A stretch of DNA of 64,000 nucleotides from Novipirellula aureliae (GTDB lineage Bacteria; Planctomycetota; Planctomycetia; Pirellulales; Pirellulaceae): positions 252,374 to 316,373 of the forward strand of contig NZ_SJPY01000002.1 of the NCBI RefSeq assembly GCF_007860185.1. Direction: 5' to 3'. Below the pieces are notes generated by a model. It was not told where the DNA came from. It was given only the letters and a program-made list of their open reading frames with translations, and made no database searches. Made by a program: the position numbers and the translations under genes. Positions within the stretch are counted from its first letter, which is position 1, and each line of letters starts with the position of its first letter. Positions 28,601-37,912 of this stretch are shown in pieces.

Positions 28601-30929
28601 CCATCGCTCGCGCACGTGAATCGATCCCCTTGATGATTCGACTGGCGGCCGATGCCAACGATTCAGCTCGGCGGTTTTGCTTTTCAATCAGCTGAACCTT
28701 ACAAGACTCGAAGGCCGCATAAACCTCTTCACGTCGCTCAGCCAATTGGACGACGAATTGATCAAACTCGGCAAACCGGCCTTCCAACTCTTCTAGCTGG
28801 ACCATGATTTTGGTCAGATACTCTTCGCATTTCGCTGGCGTATCCGAAACATCAAGATAACCAGCCGTGGTTTGCTGAAGCAACTTGAGCTGCGACGCGA
28901 ATTCTGCTTTTCCTTCGACGCTTACCAGTTCGCTGACTCGTGCCTTGAGCGAACTGCGTACTCGATTGAGTGATGCGAAAACGGTCCCGATCGCGTCAAT
29001 AATCTCCGTTCGTTTCGTGGCGTCATCAATGCGAAGATTACTGACCGTTTCGGTTAGTAGTTCCAACTGGGAAGCACTTTCGTCGATCGATTCGCCTAAT
29101 TTTTTCGCTTCGGTAACCGACTCAACCGCCGTGACGTTTTCGCCCGCTTCCTCCACACGTGTTTGGTAGAGATCGAGCGAACCAGGGGTCAGTAGAAAAT
29201 CGACACAACGTCGACTGATCCGCTCGGCTTTTTCAGCAGCATCCTTTTCCAGGCTATCGACAATCGCCTCGTCAACATAGCGAAGGTCTTTGAGAGCCAA
29301 GGCTGCGCCCCGTACATGCCGTAGTTTCGCTAGTGCGTCGACAAAATCATCGATCGAAGTGAATCGTCCCCGCTCGATCGTCTTCATCAAATCGGCGACG
29401 TCTTGCTGTACCTTCTTGGTTGCCGACTCCGTTTCGCGGCGAACGCGAACCACTTTTTCGAATTCGTCGACCGCTGCCGAAGCCGCATCGCGAATCTTAC
29501 CGATCGGCTCAGCAAGATGCTCGGTTTCAGCCTTGTCGATCCAAAAATAGTTATCCAGAATACTGGCCGAATTCTTGACCAAATCGACGTAAAGTCCATC
29601 GTAGTTGTCATCCTTGTCGATCAGGTTCAATAGCTCGCTGCATTCGGCCATGCCGCGAACGATTTCCTTATTGCCGATTTTGTAGAGCATCGAGTCGGTT
29701 TGATTGTCCGACACAAAATCAGCGGTCGTAAACGGTGTCTGCCAAACTTGAATCGCATGATGCTTTTGCGGTTCATTGTTCGTCTTGAAGCAAACCATCT
29801 CTCCTGCTTCGAAAAACGTTTGTCCGTTGCAAATCATCGGTGTTTCCACCGTTTGGCGAATCAGGTTATAGGCGAGTTGGACGTAGGTTCCCGATTCTGG
29901 GTTGTAGAACAGGTACAAGAAATCCTCGCCGTTGCTTGATGCGATCGTGCGTTGGTATTGCATATCGCTCAGCCCGTGATCAAACCGCTTGCATTGGCCT
30001 GTTTGTAGGTAATAGCCGCCTGGGAAGATCAGTCCTTGATCGCTCGGCAGCATCACGCAGGCGTGTGCAATTTCATCCAGTCGAATGGCGCTTTGGATCT
30101 TTCCGTTGTAGACCAAATAGCGGGTCGTCGTCTCTTGATAGGGACGGACCTTCATCAGAATCAAATTGCCAACGATCGCATAGTGGATCTCAGCATCGTC
30201 AAGTTTTTGGTCGGCGTGGTCGACGGGTTCGGCGTAAATCCCTTCGCCCGAGTCCGTATTGTTTTCGATCTTGACCGTCAAATCGCCACCAACCGTTTCG
30301 ATGAATACTCGGTCGTCGATCGAAATATGCGGATGTGTTCCGTAGTGATGTTGATCGCGAGTCGTCCGTTCCCAGCGAAACTCGTGCTGCGGCGGCACCT
30401 TCACTTCTTGTTCACTGCGGTTATCGATGTACTCGATCGAATCGGCTGTCATCCGCCATTTGAAACTCTTGATGTCTCGCGATGTTTTGCCGACGCGGAA
30501 TACCATGTGTAACATCGGGCCGGCACGAAAGAAGCGGGCGAACTTCGTGTCTTTATAAAACCGATACAGCTCGTGGAAATCGTTTCGAAAACGCTTGTCC
30601 CCGATCAGATCGAGCGGTTGTTCGTGAAATCGATTCTCACTGAATTGATAAACGGAAAAGACATCCTGCAGTTCAATCTCGTTTTTCAATCCAAATTGGA
30701 CGTTGTAGCCAAAGATAAATCGATCACCGATCGAAATCAGATCGCGAGGAATGCAATTGTGCTCCGTTGTCACCCGTTCGGTTGTGAGCAAACGTGTATC
30801 GATATTTCCAAAGACCGAGGCACGTTGCTCATTGAGCCTCTTCAATCGTCCGCGCAAATCGGTTGCCGCCTCGCGCAGACGATTGCGAAGGACCTCATAG
30901 GTGCCAGCCGCTAAAGGGGTATCCGGCAT
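25692..30929 (-). CDS. giant (1,745 aa) protein with a single MoxR/AAA_5-type AAA+ ATPase module and long coiled-coil regions
   Basis: Uninterrupted 5.2-kb ORF. Walker A LLLISPPGYGKTTLMEYIA, Walker B NVMLYLDDIQHTHPE, sensor-1-like RRVAVVMAGNPYTE (MoxR/dynein-type). The rest has no recognisable domains, with many predicted coiled coils in the central ~600 aa. Last gene of the NfeD-flotillin operon. Confidence 0.65.
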   Translation of the reverse strand: MPDTPLAAGTYEVLRNRLREAATDLRGRLKRLNEQRASVFGNIDTRLLTTERVTTEHNCIPRDLISIGDRFIFGYNVQFGLKNEIELQDVFSVYQFSENRFHEQPLDLIGDKRFRNDFHELYRFYKDTKFARFFRAGPMLHMVFRVGKTSRDIKSFKWRMTADSIEYIDNRSEQEVKVPPQHEFRWERTTRDQHHYGTHPHISIDDRVFIETVGGDLTVKIENNTDSGEGIYAEPVDHADQKLDDAEIHYAIVGNLILMKVRPYQETTTRYLVYNGKIQSAIRLDEIAHACVMLPSDQGLIFPGGYYLQTGQCKRFDHGLSDMQYQRTIASSNGEDFLYLFYNPESGTYVQLAYNLIRQTVETPMICNGQTFFEAGEMVCFKTNNEPQKHHAIQVWQTPFTTADFVSDNQTDSMLYKIGNKEIVRGMAECSELLNLIDKDDNYDGLYVDLVKNSASILDNYFWIDKAETEHLAEPIGKIRDAASAAVDEFEKVVRVRRETESATKKVQQDVADLMKTIERGRFTSIDDFVDALAKLRHVRGAALALKDLRYVDEAIVDSLEKDAAEKAERISRRCVDFLLTPGSLDLYQTRVEEAGENVTAVESVTEAKKLGESIDESASQLELLTETVSNLRIDDATKRTEIIDAIGTVFASLNRVRSSLKARVSELVSVEGKAEFASQLKLLQQTTAGYLDVSDTPAKCEEYLTKIMVQLEELEGRFAEFDQFVVQLAERREEVYAAFESCKVQLIEKQNRRAESLASAASRIIKGIDSRARAMESSEEIAAYFAGDLMVEKVRDIIRQLGELGDAVRVGDLESRLKTIREDASRQLKDRQDLYEDGGDVIRLGRHRFAVNTQTLDLTTVLRDGEICLHLTGTQFFEPLQNEDLSNAKDLWDQELISENGDVYRSEFLAVDLFESSVFTDSEAVTPAWMNSQLQDRFREGYSKGVHDLDAMQILKSLLEFSRSIGLLRHSPSVRTASLLWFNKLLDSKQRKAMTDWIAGFAKLAKAFPEAKPAVEFRHRLSELAEADGLLWKPIFSQNVTPELMADYLFEQFVESPRRGVVSSRAADLHHSFAESLPEETREKLVAASIKANESSPTSAFILSRNWADAFLSKHSDSDDLDPAASYLDELAWLIYNAGPTSMKVVKAAVAKKLESMAGSHSRITRGVMSLNYHEILDRVRHYRSDVVPRYRKLHETKSRLVDDARDSMRLEEFKPRVLTSFVRNQLLDEVYLPLIGDNLAKQMGVAGADKRTDRMGLLLLISPPGYGKTTLMEYIANRLGVVFMKINGPAIGHGVTSLDPAEAPNAAAREEVERLNLALEMGDNVMLYLDDIQHTHPELLQKFISLCDATRKIEGVRNGKTRTYDLRGRRVAVVMAGNPYTESGERFQVPDMLSNRADVYNLGEIIGDSADAFEMSYLENCLTSNRTLSPLATAPPEDARAIIRAAGRDSLEGIELESNLSVDQVREMFEVIRKLLRVRDVVLKVNRAYIRSAAQADAYRTEPAFKLQGSYRNMNRIAERVAGVMNERELQTLIVSTYEQDAQTLTTDNEANVLKFKEIMGILTAEEKERWDAIKYAYVESVRMQGMDSEDQAGQLMRQLASMRDGLESIRQVISKAIAIGREGAEERMDTRLDLLRQSLSTSASQLSDTLTATSKNLEQISTQQALSPPEQKVVVQYRVPREIAELVKGQFHLMQEWLRPLLNESLDNSRDLEGLKKQLEKMLQQYDEAEASFEPRTPPPDR

Positions 30930-30935
30930 GTTGGA

Positions 30936-33065
30936 CTACCCTTTCTTGCCATTTGACTTCGCCACTTTGGCCTCCAACATCGTACTGGCCTTCCGGTCGG
31001 CAATCGCAGCCGTTCCGGCCACGCCGAGCAAGCTAGTCAATTGGCTACGGACATCCTCGCTCTTAGCCATGCCCATCATCTTGGCAATCAGGGCGGCGAT
31101 CGAGAGGTCTTTGACGCCGTCTGTATCCAGGTTAAAACTGGAAACCATCTCGTTCAGCTGGCCACGGAAATAGTCGGCATTTCCATCAAAGAAGGTGTCC
31201 TTGATATCGGTTGCCACTCGGCTGTTGTAAACGAAGCGGTCGATTGCCTTTCCACCTTTGACCGCAGAAGTGATTTGGTCGAAGAATTCGCCATCGCCAC
31301 CAACGATATCGATTCTTGCCGCACGCAGTGCTTCACCAACGACACCCGCTTGGCTTTCGGCAATCCCGCGTTGAGCATCGATCGCCGCGATTTCGACGGC
31401 TTTTTCTTTGTCGAGTTTGAGTTTGAACTCTTCGTGTTCTTTGCCGACACCGTCGAGTTGTTTCATCGCTTCGGCCTTCTCGGTAATTCCGATTGCTTCG
31501 CTGCGATACTTCTCCAGGTCGACGTTCGCTTCGGCCAGCCCTTGTTTCTGGTTCGCCGCGGCGCGAGCTTCGATCCCCTTTGCTTCGGCCATCGCTTTCT
31601 TCTCTAAAATGCTTGCTTCGGCGGTCCCTTCCTTTTCCAAACTGACCGATTTGGCTTCTTGCACTTTCGCTTCGGCCAATCCAGCGGCAGCGGCCCTTGC
31701 AGCTTCCGCTTCGGCGAGCATTTTGGTAGCGGCCGTTTCTTTTTCCGCCGCGTCGCGTTTTGCTTCCGCTTCGATGCGGACTTTTTCGGCCAACAAGGTA
31801 CTCGCATCCTTTTCGGATTGAGCTTGTTTGGTGACGCGAATCAGTTCCTCTTCCGCTCGCATCTCTGCTGCGGTCACTTGTACCTTCTTCAGCCGGTCGG
31901 CTGCCGCGTGTTCCTGCGTGTCTTTGATCCGTTCTTGTTCTTCGACGACCGCCCGTTCGACGGCGACTCGTTCGCGGATCACTTCTTGGATGTTACGTTT
32001 TTCGACCTCGATCGCCTTTTCTTTTTCGACTTCGGCAACGCCGACGACTCGTAGTCGTTCGGTCATTTCTAAGTCGCGATCGCGGTTGACTCGTTCTAAT
32101 TCGACGGCGTCGGTCTTTTCCTTGTTTCGCTGTGCGACCAAGACTTGTCGAGCTTTGTTTTCTTCGGCAATCCCCAATTCCTCTTCGGTCGCAATCCGTG
32201 CTCGCTCAGCTTCGAGCCGTTGTTCTTCACGAACCTTTGCAGCGGACGCTTGTTCGCGTGACGTGATCTCGGCGATTTCTCGTGTTTGTTTCTCGACCGC
32301 TTCGACACGTTGGCGTTCGAGTTCGAGGATGGTTTCTTCCGCTTCGACGTCTTGCTTTTTAAGTATCTTCTCTTTATCGCGAGTGAATTGGTTTTCCTTG
32401 ACCTTTTCGCCAGCCGTCAATTCGGTAATCTTCTTGATACCTTCAGCATCGAGAATGTTGTTCGGGCTGAGTTTTTCGATCGGCGTTTGTTCCAAGTAGT
32501 CGATCGCCGCATCATCCAATTGGTAACCGTTCAAATCGGTACCGATAACCTTCAAAATCTCTTCTTTGAACTTGTCTCGCTGGTCGTAAAGATCGACGAA
32601 GTCAAATTGTTTTCCGACCGTCTTGAGTGCTTCACTGAATTTTGCATCAAACAATTCGCGAAGCGTGTCGATCTCGCTACATCGTTTCGCGCCGATCGAC
32701 TGGGCAACCTCTTTGATTTGTTCGTTCGAACTGTCGACGCGGATAAAGAAGGCGACCTTGATGTCCGCTCGGATGTTGTCTTTACAAATCAAGCCCTCAC
32801 TGCCTTGCCGGGCGATCTCGAAGCTCTTCAGCGTCAAGTCCATGAACTCGTAGCGGTGCAACAGCGGGATGATGAATGCCCCATTATTCGTCGAGACATT
32901 CAAGCCGCCAGCACCCGATTTGACGATCGCACGGTCGGGCCCGACGATGACAAAACATTTCTTAAAGGTAATCATCGCCGCAAAGATCGCGACAACACCA
33001 ATCACCACGACCACAATCCAAAATTGTGTCCAGCTTATCTCGGCAAGAAAAAACAGTGAGTTCAC
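30936..33065 (-). CDS. flotillin / SPFH (band-7) domain protein, YqiK/FloT-like
   Basis: N-terminal TM helix, SPFH core (FVIVGPDRAIVKSGAGG...DLTLKSFEI...KDNIRADIKVAFFIRV), long E/A/K/R-rich coiled-coil flotillin region (AEAEAARAAAAGLAEAKVQEAK), C-terminal GG-rich tail. 709 aa. Confidence 0.8.
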   Translation of the reverse strand: MNSLFFLAEISWTQFWIVVVVIGVVAIFAAMITFKKCFVIVGPDRAIVKSGAGGLNVSTNNGAFIIPLLHRYEFMDLTLKSFEIARQGSEGLICKDNIRADIKVAFFIRVDSSNEQIKEVAQSIGAKRCSEIDTLRELFDAKFSEALKTVGKQFDFVDLYDQRDKFKEEILKVIGTDLNGYQLDDAAIDYLEQTPIEKLSPNNILDAEGIKKITELTAGEKVKENQFTRDKEKILKKQDVEAEETILELERQRVEAVEKQTREIAEITSREQASAAKVREEQRLEAERARIATEEELGIAEENKARQVLVAQRNKEKTDAVELERVNRDRDLEMTERLRVVGVAEVEKEKAIEVEKRNIQEVIRERVAVERAVVEEQERIKDTQEHAAADRLKKVQVTAAEMRAEEELIRVTKQAQSEKDASTLLAEKVRIEAEAKRDAAEKETAATKMLAEAEAARAAAAGLAEAKVQEAKSVSLEKEGTAEASILEKKAMAEAKGIEARAAANQKQGLAEANVDLEKYRSEAIGITEKAEAMKQLDGVGKEHEEFKLKLDKEKAVEIAAIDAQRGIAESQAGVVGEALRAARIDIVGGDGEFFDQITSAVKGGKAIDRFVYNSRVATDIKDTFFDGNADYFRGQLNEMVSSFNLDTDGVKDLSIAALIAKMMGMAKSEDVRSQLTSLLGVAGTAAIADRKASTMLEAKVAKSNGKKG

Positions 33066-33808
33066 GATGATTGCTCCGAAGGTTGAAGAGAGACTTTGTA
33101 GATGCGTTTCCGTTTGTCAAATCCGATGATCCAAACCTCGGTCCCCTTGGGGATCGTCGGACCATCAGTACGAATGTTTAAAAGTAGTGGTGCGGCCTCG
33201 GCGCGAAACTTCGCTTGGCCGAATTCAGGGGTTGCTTCCGTGGTCGTCACCTCACACGTGGCACCCATTAAATGGTTCTCGTCGTATGCTGGACCTTTGG
33301 CAAATGTTCCGACAAGCGGCCCGGTGGCTAATTTCGTTCCCGCAACCGCAATCACGACGTTGCGAATGGAAAGCAGGACACTGGCCCCTACCGCCGGCTC
33401 ATAGCGATTTGAATCGAAGCCATGCCACAACAGGAAAGACACCGACCAAAATATCGTTGCAAAGATGCCGCCCCAAACGATAACCGGAACGCGGCCAAAG
33501 TTGGTCCAGCGAGCTGAAACCGCTCCGATACCGTGCCAAAAATCCCATTCGACCACCGAATCAAGATCCAAACCAGGATCCAAACCAGGATCGAGATCGA
33601 CCTCGGGGACATCAAACCCGAAATCCAACAAACCTATCATCGCCAATGCGGTGTAGGCGATCAACAAGCACACCAAGATCGATGCGGGCCAAATCGGACC
33701 GACGAACATGTTGTTGACCGGATCGGTAATCGAATCCGCGAAGTTCATGGATGCATTGACAAATGAATGGAAAACGAGCCCCGCCACGCAGAGGGGTGTA
33801 CTCAGCAT
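33062..33808 (-). CDS. NfeD/YqiJ-like membrane protein (flotillin partner)
   Basis: 248 aa, 4-5 TM helices, then a soluble C-terminal ~80 aa (GATCEVTTTEATPEFGQAKFRAEAAPLLLNIRTDGPTIPKGTEVWIIG) resembling the NfeD OB-fold. Overlaps the flotillin start by 4 bp, as in yqiJ-yqiK / yuaF-floT pairs. Confidence 0.5.
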   Translation of the reverse strand: MLSTPLCVAGLVFHSFVNASMNFADSITDPVNNMFVGPIWPASILVCLLIAYTALAMIGLLDFGFDVPEVDLDPGLDPGLDLDSVVEWDFWHGIGAVSARWTNFGRVPVIVWGGIFATIFWSVSFLLWHGFDSNRYEPAVGASVLLSIRNVVIAVAGTKLATGPLVGTFAKGPAYDENHLMGATCEVTTTEATPEFGQAKFRAEAAPLLLNIRTDGPTIPKGTEVWIIGFDKRKRIYKVSLQPSEQSS

Positions 33809-34109
33809 AATAGCAAGGCCTGCAGAGAACCAATCCAGGGCGCAAAAGCGGTATGGATTTTGAAGAATAGTGTGGGGGTCAGTGCGCGCAGGCTGATTCC
33901 ATTAGTTTTTACGACGCCGAACCGCCCTAAGTTACTCCAACACGGCTAAAGAGATCGCTCGACGACCGGTAACAAAGGCAGCCGTTCGAATCAATCCTCG
34001 GCATCGATCGTTCCATCGAATAGCAAATCGAATAGCAAACGGTCCGCCGTCATCGTCGATGGCTGCGGAGGATTGGAAGGCCGATAGGGATTGATGGGCG
34101 AGTCCCGAT

Positions 34110-34685
34110 TCACTTTAGCGGTTTCATGCCCTGATGATCGCGGAGGCGATTGAGCCATGCGAATGCGGCAGGGACCGAACGGACAAAGTTAACGAGTGAT
34201 GTCGTGCTCGTCCCCCACTCTTTTGCCACGAAACGGGTCTGTCCGCCCGCAGTATACAAGTCGTTTAACAACAATGCTAAAACCGCGGGTTTGTCCTCGT
34301 TGTTATCATTCATTCGTTTCAGAATTTGACGATACCGATCGCGGAGACTAGCCTCGATCGGATCAGTCGGCGTATCCAATTTTGGCTGACTGCGAATTTC
34401 GATTGCCAGTCGGAAACGAAGCCGCTTTAACGCGATGCGACGATTGTCCGCTTGACTACGTCGCTCGGTCGCCTCGCCAACGATTTGCGAGGGACGGTGT
34501 ATCAAAAACACGCCAGAGCTGGTTTTGTTTCGATGTTGCCCGCCTGGTCCGCTACGCCGCTGAGTTCTCAGTTCACACTGCTCAAGTAAATCCTTTGGCG
34601 ATTGTACCGCCGGATGCACGCCAGCTATCGTGAGAACGTCCATTGGCAACGTCTTCTTCGGTTCGCTCGATTCGCTATCCACCAC
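34110..34685 (-). CDS. arfB: ArfB-like peptidyl-tRNA hydrolase (class I release-factor GGQ domain protein)
   Basis: GGQ motif in RRSGPGGQHRNKTSSGVFLIHRP followed by a basic C-terminal tail (RRIALKRLRFRLAIE). 191 aa, longer than typical ArfB at the C-terminus. Confidence 0.6.
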   Translation of the reverse strand: MVDSESSEPKKTLPMDVLTIAGVHPAVQSPKDLLEQCELRTQRRSGPGGQHRNKTSSGVFLIHRPSQIVGEATERRSQADNRRIALKRLRFRLAIEIRSQPKLDTPTDPIEASLRDRYRQILKRMNDNNEDKPAVLALLLNDLYTAGGQTRFVAKEWGTSTTSLVNFVRSVPAAFAWLNRLRDHQGMKPLK

Positions 34686-36708
34686 TCACAAACTCGCTTA
34701 GCATATTCACGAAATCGGCTGCCAAACTGCGTGAAGGCAATTTCACCACTCCAACGCAAGAACGCCCGATCGAATCGAGCAATGGTTCATGCGGAAGAGT
34801 TGGCAGCGGACATATCACTCGATAGACGGCATCGCGAGTGACGCTCGTTCGATCCTCGCTCATTTGGGAAACCGATTCGATTTTCGTATCGACCCATTCA
34901 CGTTGACCGTAATCGATTCTCACTCGAATCGCGGTACCGCGCGTCACCCAGCGTTGGTCTTTGGCATCGAGCCAAAACATCGCTTGACGCTCTTCGTTCG
35001 TTGCGATTCGGCAAAACGGTTGGCGTGAATCATAGACCGTACCTGCGAAACTGGCCAACCATACGCTCTGATTCGGTTCGTCAACCGGTGTGGTTGCTTG
35101 AGGCGGTATGACGACTCCAGATACCGGCGAATGCACCTGAGTTTCTGCCAATCGTTTTTTCGCTTTGTCGAGTAACGCCCCGACGGACTCTTCGGCAGCT
35201 TGTAGTGTCTTCCACTGTTCGGCGACCTTGGGCCGATCGAGTGCATCGCGACGTGCCAGCTCGCCCCGCATATTCGCCAATCGCAATTCGCCCTCGAGTC
35301 GAGTAATCTCGATTCGCGACGTTTCATCGGTTAGTAGCGCCAATCGGTCTCCGGCGGCTACATGGTCACCGTATTCCGCTTTGATTTTTGAAATTTGGCT
35401 TGAGGGTGGTAAAAAGACGCTCGAGGAGTTTGCCGCATCAATGATTCCTGCTACTTCGCGATAACGCGGTAATGGTAGAAACAAAATCAACAATAGCAAA
35501 ACGGCGGGGGTCGATACGATCGCAAAACGGCGCCACTTCGATACACCCATCCAACTCCCCTTTCCTTGCAAGACACTAATAGAAGCCTTTGTTTTTGCCG
35601 CCATCAACCGTACCGCTACGATACAAACCAAGCCGATTCCTAATACGCTCAAATGAAGCAAATTGGCGACATGAACGATCAACGCGGCAATAGCGAATAG
35701 AACGGTCGTTCGATAGATCGTCGATGCGATGTGATAGCTCGACAACCCAATCGCTATTTTATCTGAGCGGCGGATTTTCTGGTACTGTTTTCCCGCAATC
35801 CTCGCAATGATCGTCGACTCGAACGCTTCACGCGCTTCGCGACGCAAATTCGTACTACCGACGGCATCCAACAACACATAGTAACCGTCATATCGCATGA
35901 GCGGATTGGCATTGAACAGCACGGTGCTGATGCCACAAACCAAGATTAGATTCATCGCATACATTCGTGCCGCCGGATCATCCGCTAATACCCAAACCCA
36001 GGTTGCGGAAGCCGCAATAATCAATTCGACATAGATGCCAGCCAACATGACTGCCGCACGCCGCACCGGGTTCGCAATTCGCCAAACATCGGTCACGTCG
36101 CAATAGGGGCATGGAACGCCGCAAAACAGATAGACACCTACCGATTTACTCTCCGCACCCATCCGTCGACACATGACCGCATGCGCCAATTCGTGGAGGA
36201 CTTTTGTGATCAAAAAAGTGATGCCGATCCCAAACGCATTTGCACTGCGAAGGTACACAGGCAACAAGCGAAGAGACGCGACCCACGCTTCCGATCGACT
36301 TACCAGTACCGCTATCGAAGCGACAATGATTGACATCCAAAATAGAATCGCGACCGGTGAGAAAAGGAATCCGCTAACCGGAGCGAGTCGTCTTGCGATG
36401 CCGTCAATACTGCCTAGCGGAATCTGAATCGCTAAAAAGTTAAACGGCTTGGATGGATTGGATGGAGACTCGAGTCGCTCGCAGGTCCAATCCGCCACTT
36501 TGGCTTGAGTCGACAAGGACGGGTCGACGCGGTCACCGTGAAGTTGTTGCCATGCGTGCTCGCTTATCCTGGAAAATTTCCCGCTAACGTCATCGATTAC
36601 CATTCGATAAGCTCGGGCGTAGCCTTGAACGGATACGCTACGCAGATCCCTTCGAATGAGAACGGAGGGAACGGAGCGAATCTCGTTTGGTAAAATCGAA
36701 TCGGCCAT
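34675..36708 (-). CDS. membrane-embedded M50-like zinc metalloprotease domain fused to a HlyD-type periplasmic adaptor domain
   Basis: HEXXH inside a TM segment (LITKVLHELAHAVMCRRMG), several further TM helices. C-terminal ~300 aa has coiled-coil plus beta-barrel-like HlyD features (AEYGDHVAAGDRLALL ... VHSPVSGVV). 677 aa. Confidence 0.55.
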   Translation of the reverse strand: MADSILPNEIRSVPSVLIRRDLRSVSVQGYARAYRMVIDDVSGKFSRISEHAWQQLHGDRVDPSLSTQAKVADWTCERLESPSNPSKPFNFLAIQIPLGSIDGIARRLAPVSGFLFSPVAILFWMSIIVASIAVLVSRSEAWVASLRLLPVYLRSANAFGIGITFLITKVLHELAHAVMCRRMGAESKSVGVYLFCGVPCPYCDVTDVWRIANPVRRAAVMLAGIYVELIIAASATWVWVLADDPAARMYAMNLILVCGISTVLFNANPLMRYDGYYVLLDAVGSTNLRREAREAFESTIIARIAGKQYQKIRRSDKIAIGLSSYHIASTIYRTTVLFAIAALIVHVANLLHLSVLGIGLVCIVAVRLMAAKTKASISVLQGKGSWMGVSKWRRFAIVSTPAVLLLLILFLPLPRYREVAGIIDAANSSSVFLPPSSQISKIKAEYGDHVAAGDRLALLTDETSRIEITRLEGELRLANMRGELARRDALDRPKVAEQWKTLQAAEESVGALLDKAKKRLAETQVHSPVSGVVIPPQATTPVDEPNQSVWLASFAGTVYDSRQPFCRIATNEERQAMFWLDAKDQRWVTRGTAIRVRIDYGQREWVDTKIESVSQMSEDRTSVTRDAVYRVICPLPTLPHEPLLDSIGRSCVGVVKLPSRSLAADFVNMLSEFVSGG

Positions 36709-36711
36709 CGT

Positions 36712-37689
36712 TTATCGCCAATCGGTCATTCGAATTTTCGCCGACTTGATCGCCGCATCACTGGCGTCAATCCTCATACGAACACTTGTTCCTGGCACCA
36801 ACATCCATTGTGTCATCGGCGAATCGGCGTTCCCATCGATTTGATTGATGACCTCCGCGTGTAATCGATACCGGCCACCCGGTAACCGCTGTGGATCGGA
36901 AGACAGAACGTTGCCCCGGAGCACTTTTTCGTTTCCATTGCTTGAATCGGTAAAGTGGACACTGACGGGCAATCCAGCACAATGTTTGGGCGACAATTGG
37001 TCTTCGCGAACGAGGGCATGAACATGCAATCGATCCATTTTGGCGACCGTCGCAATCGGCTGCCCCTTTTCGATCCATTCACCACTCGACCGAGCGATTT
37101 CGACGACGGTGCCCGCGAGGGGTGAGCTGATTCCAAGATTCTCGATTTGGTCGTCAAGCATGGCCAGATCCGCTTCGCGGAGTTGGACTTCGACAAACAA
37201 TTCACGTCGACGTTTTTCGGCTTGGGCAACCTCAAGTTCGCCACGTTCGACCGCCAATCGCAAACGGCGAAGGTGGCTCATAGGAACCGCACCATTCACA
37301 TCGTTATAAATCGAGCGGTTGGAGTCGAGCTCCGCCTTGGCTTCGGCGAGTGCCGTTTCGGCATACTTTTGTTCAACGTCGTCACCGGCAGCTTGGCGAG
37401 CATGCTCGAGACGCAATGACGAAGCACGGCGACGAATTTTAAGTGTTCGATCGTCAAGTCGTGCAAGTGTCTCATTTTCATTGACTCGCTGGTTAAGTTT
37501 CACTGCGATTTCGGCAATGCGACCCGACTCCAAACTCGGCACTTCAACCTCATCCGCAAAACGCACCACACAATCGGTTACTTCGACGATGCTGCTTTGG
37601 GCGCAGAGGATCGTTGGTGATGCGGCGAGCACGAGCGAAACGATCAAGCGAACTCGCAGAGCTTGTCTTGTTAGCAGCAGTCTGTTCAT
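36712..37689 (-). CDS. HlyD family secretion / efflux adaptor protein
   Basis: Signal-anchor N-terminus, biotinyl-lipoyl-like hairpin (RIAEIAVKLNQRVNENETLARLD ... SSPLAGTVVEI), central coiled coil. 325 aa. 3 bp from the downstream M50-HlyD gene. Confidence 0.55.
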   Translation of the reverse strand: MNRLLLTRQALRVRLIVSLVLAASPTILCAQSSIVEVTDCVVRFADEVEVPSLESGRIAEIAVKLNQRVNENETLARLDDRTLKIRRRASSLRLEHARQAAGDDVEQKYAETALAEAKAELDSNRSIYNDVNGAVPMSHLRRLRLAVERGELEVAQAEKRRRELFVEVQLREADLAMLDDQIENLGISSPLAGTVVEIARSSGEWIEKGQPIATVAKMDRLHVHALVREDQLSPKHCAGLPVSVHFTDSSNGNEKVLRGNVLSSDPQRLPGGRYRLHAEVINQIDGNADSPMTQWMLVPGTSVRMRIDASDAAIKSAKIRMTDWR

Positions 37690-37723
37690 ATTTGGATTTC
37701 TGGTTCAATTTGATCGTAGCTTA

Positions 37724-37900
37724 GGTTTCCAGCCTGGACTCCAATTTTTCCCAGGCTGGAAGCCTAGGCTACGTGAATCGGTTAATGCCTGAACGCCAAT
37801 TTCCCCCAGGCTGGAAGCCTAGGCTACGTGAATCGGTTAATGCCTGGACTCCAATTTTCCCAGGCTGGAAGCCTAGGCTACGTGAATCGGTTATTGCCTG
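37724..37900. repeat. ~54-bp tandem repeat x3 carrying the GCCTGGACTCCAATTTT and CCAGGCTGGAAGCCTAGG motifs
   Basis: ccagcctggactccaatttttcccaggctggaagcctaggctacgtgaatcggttaatgcc repeated three times with variants, in the 223-bp gap between two co-directional HlyD genes. The GCCTGGACTCCAA core recurs at 1594-1624 (reverse), 9043-9060 and 25668-25690. Confidence 0.85.
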
Positions 37901-37912
37901 GACTCTAACGGT

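Noticed and set aside
31408-33059. Long plus-strand ORFs (137-257 aa) antisense to the flotillin gene with S/A/R-rich low-complexity translations
   Set aside because: Shadow ORFs created by the GC-rich, E/A/K-codon-repetitive coiled-coil region on the opposite strand. There is no start context and the composition is biased.
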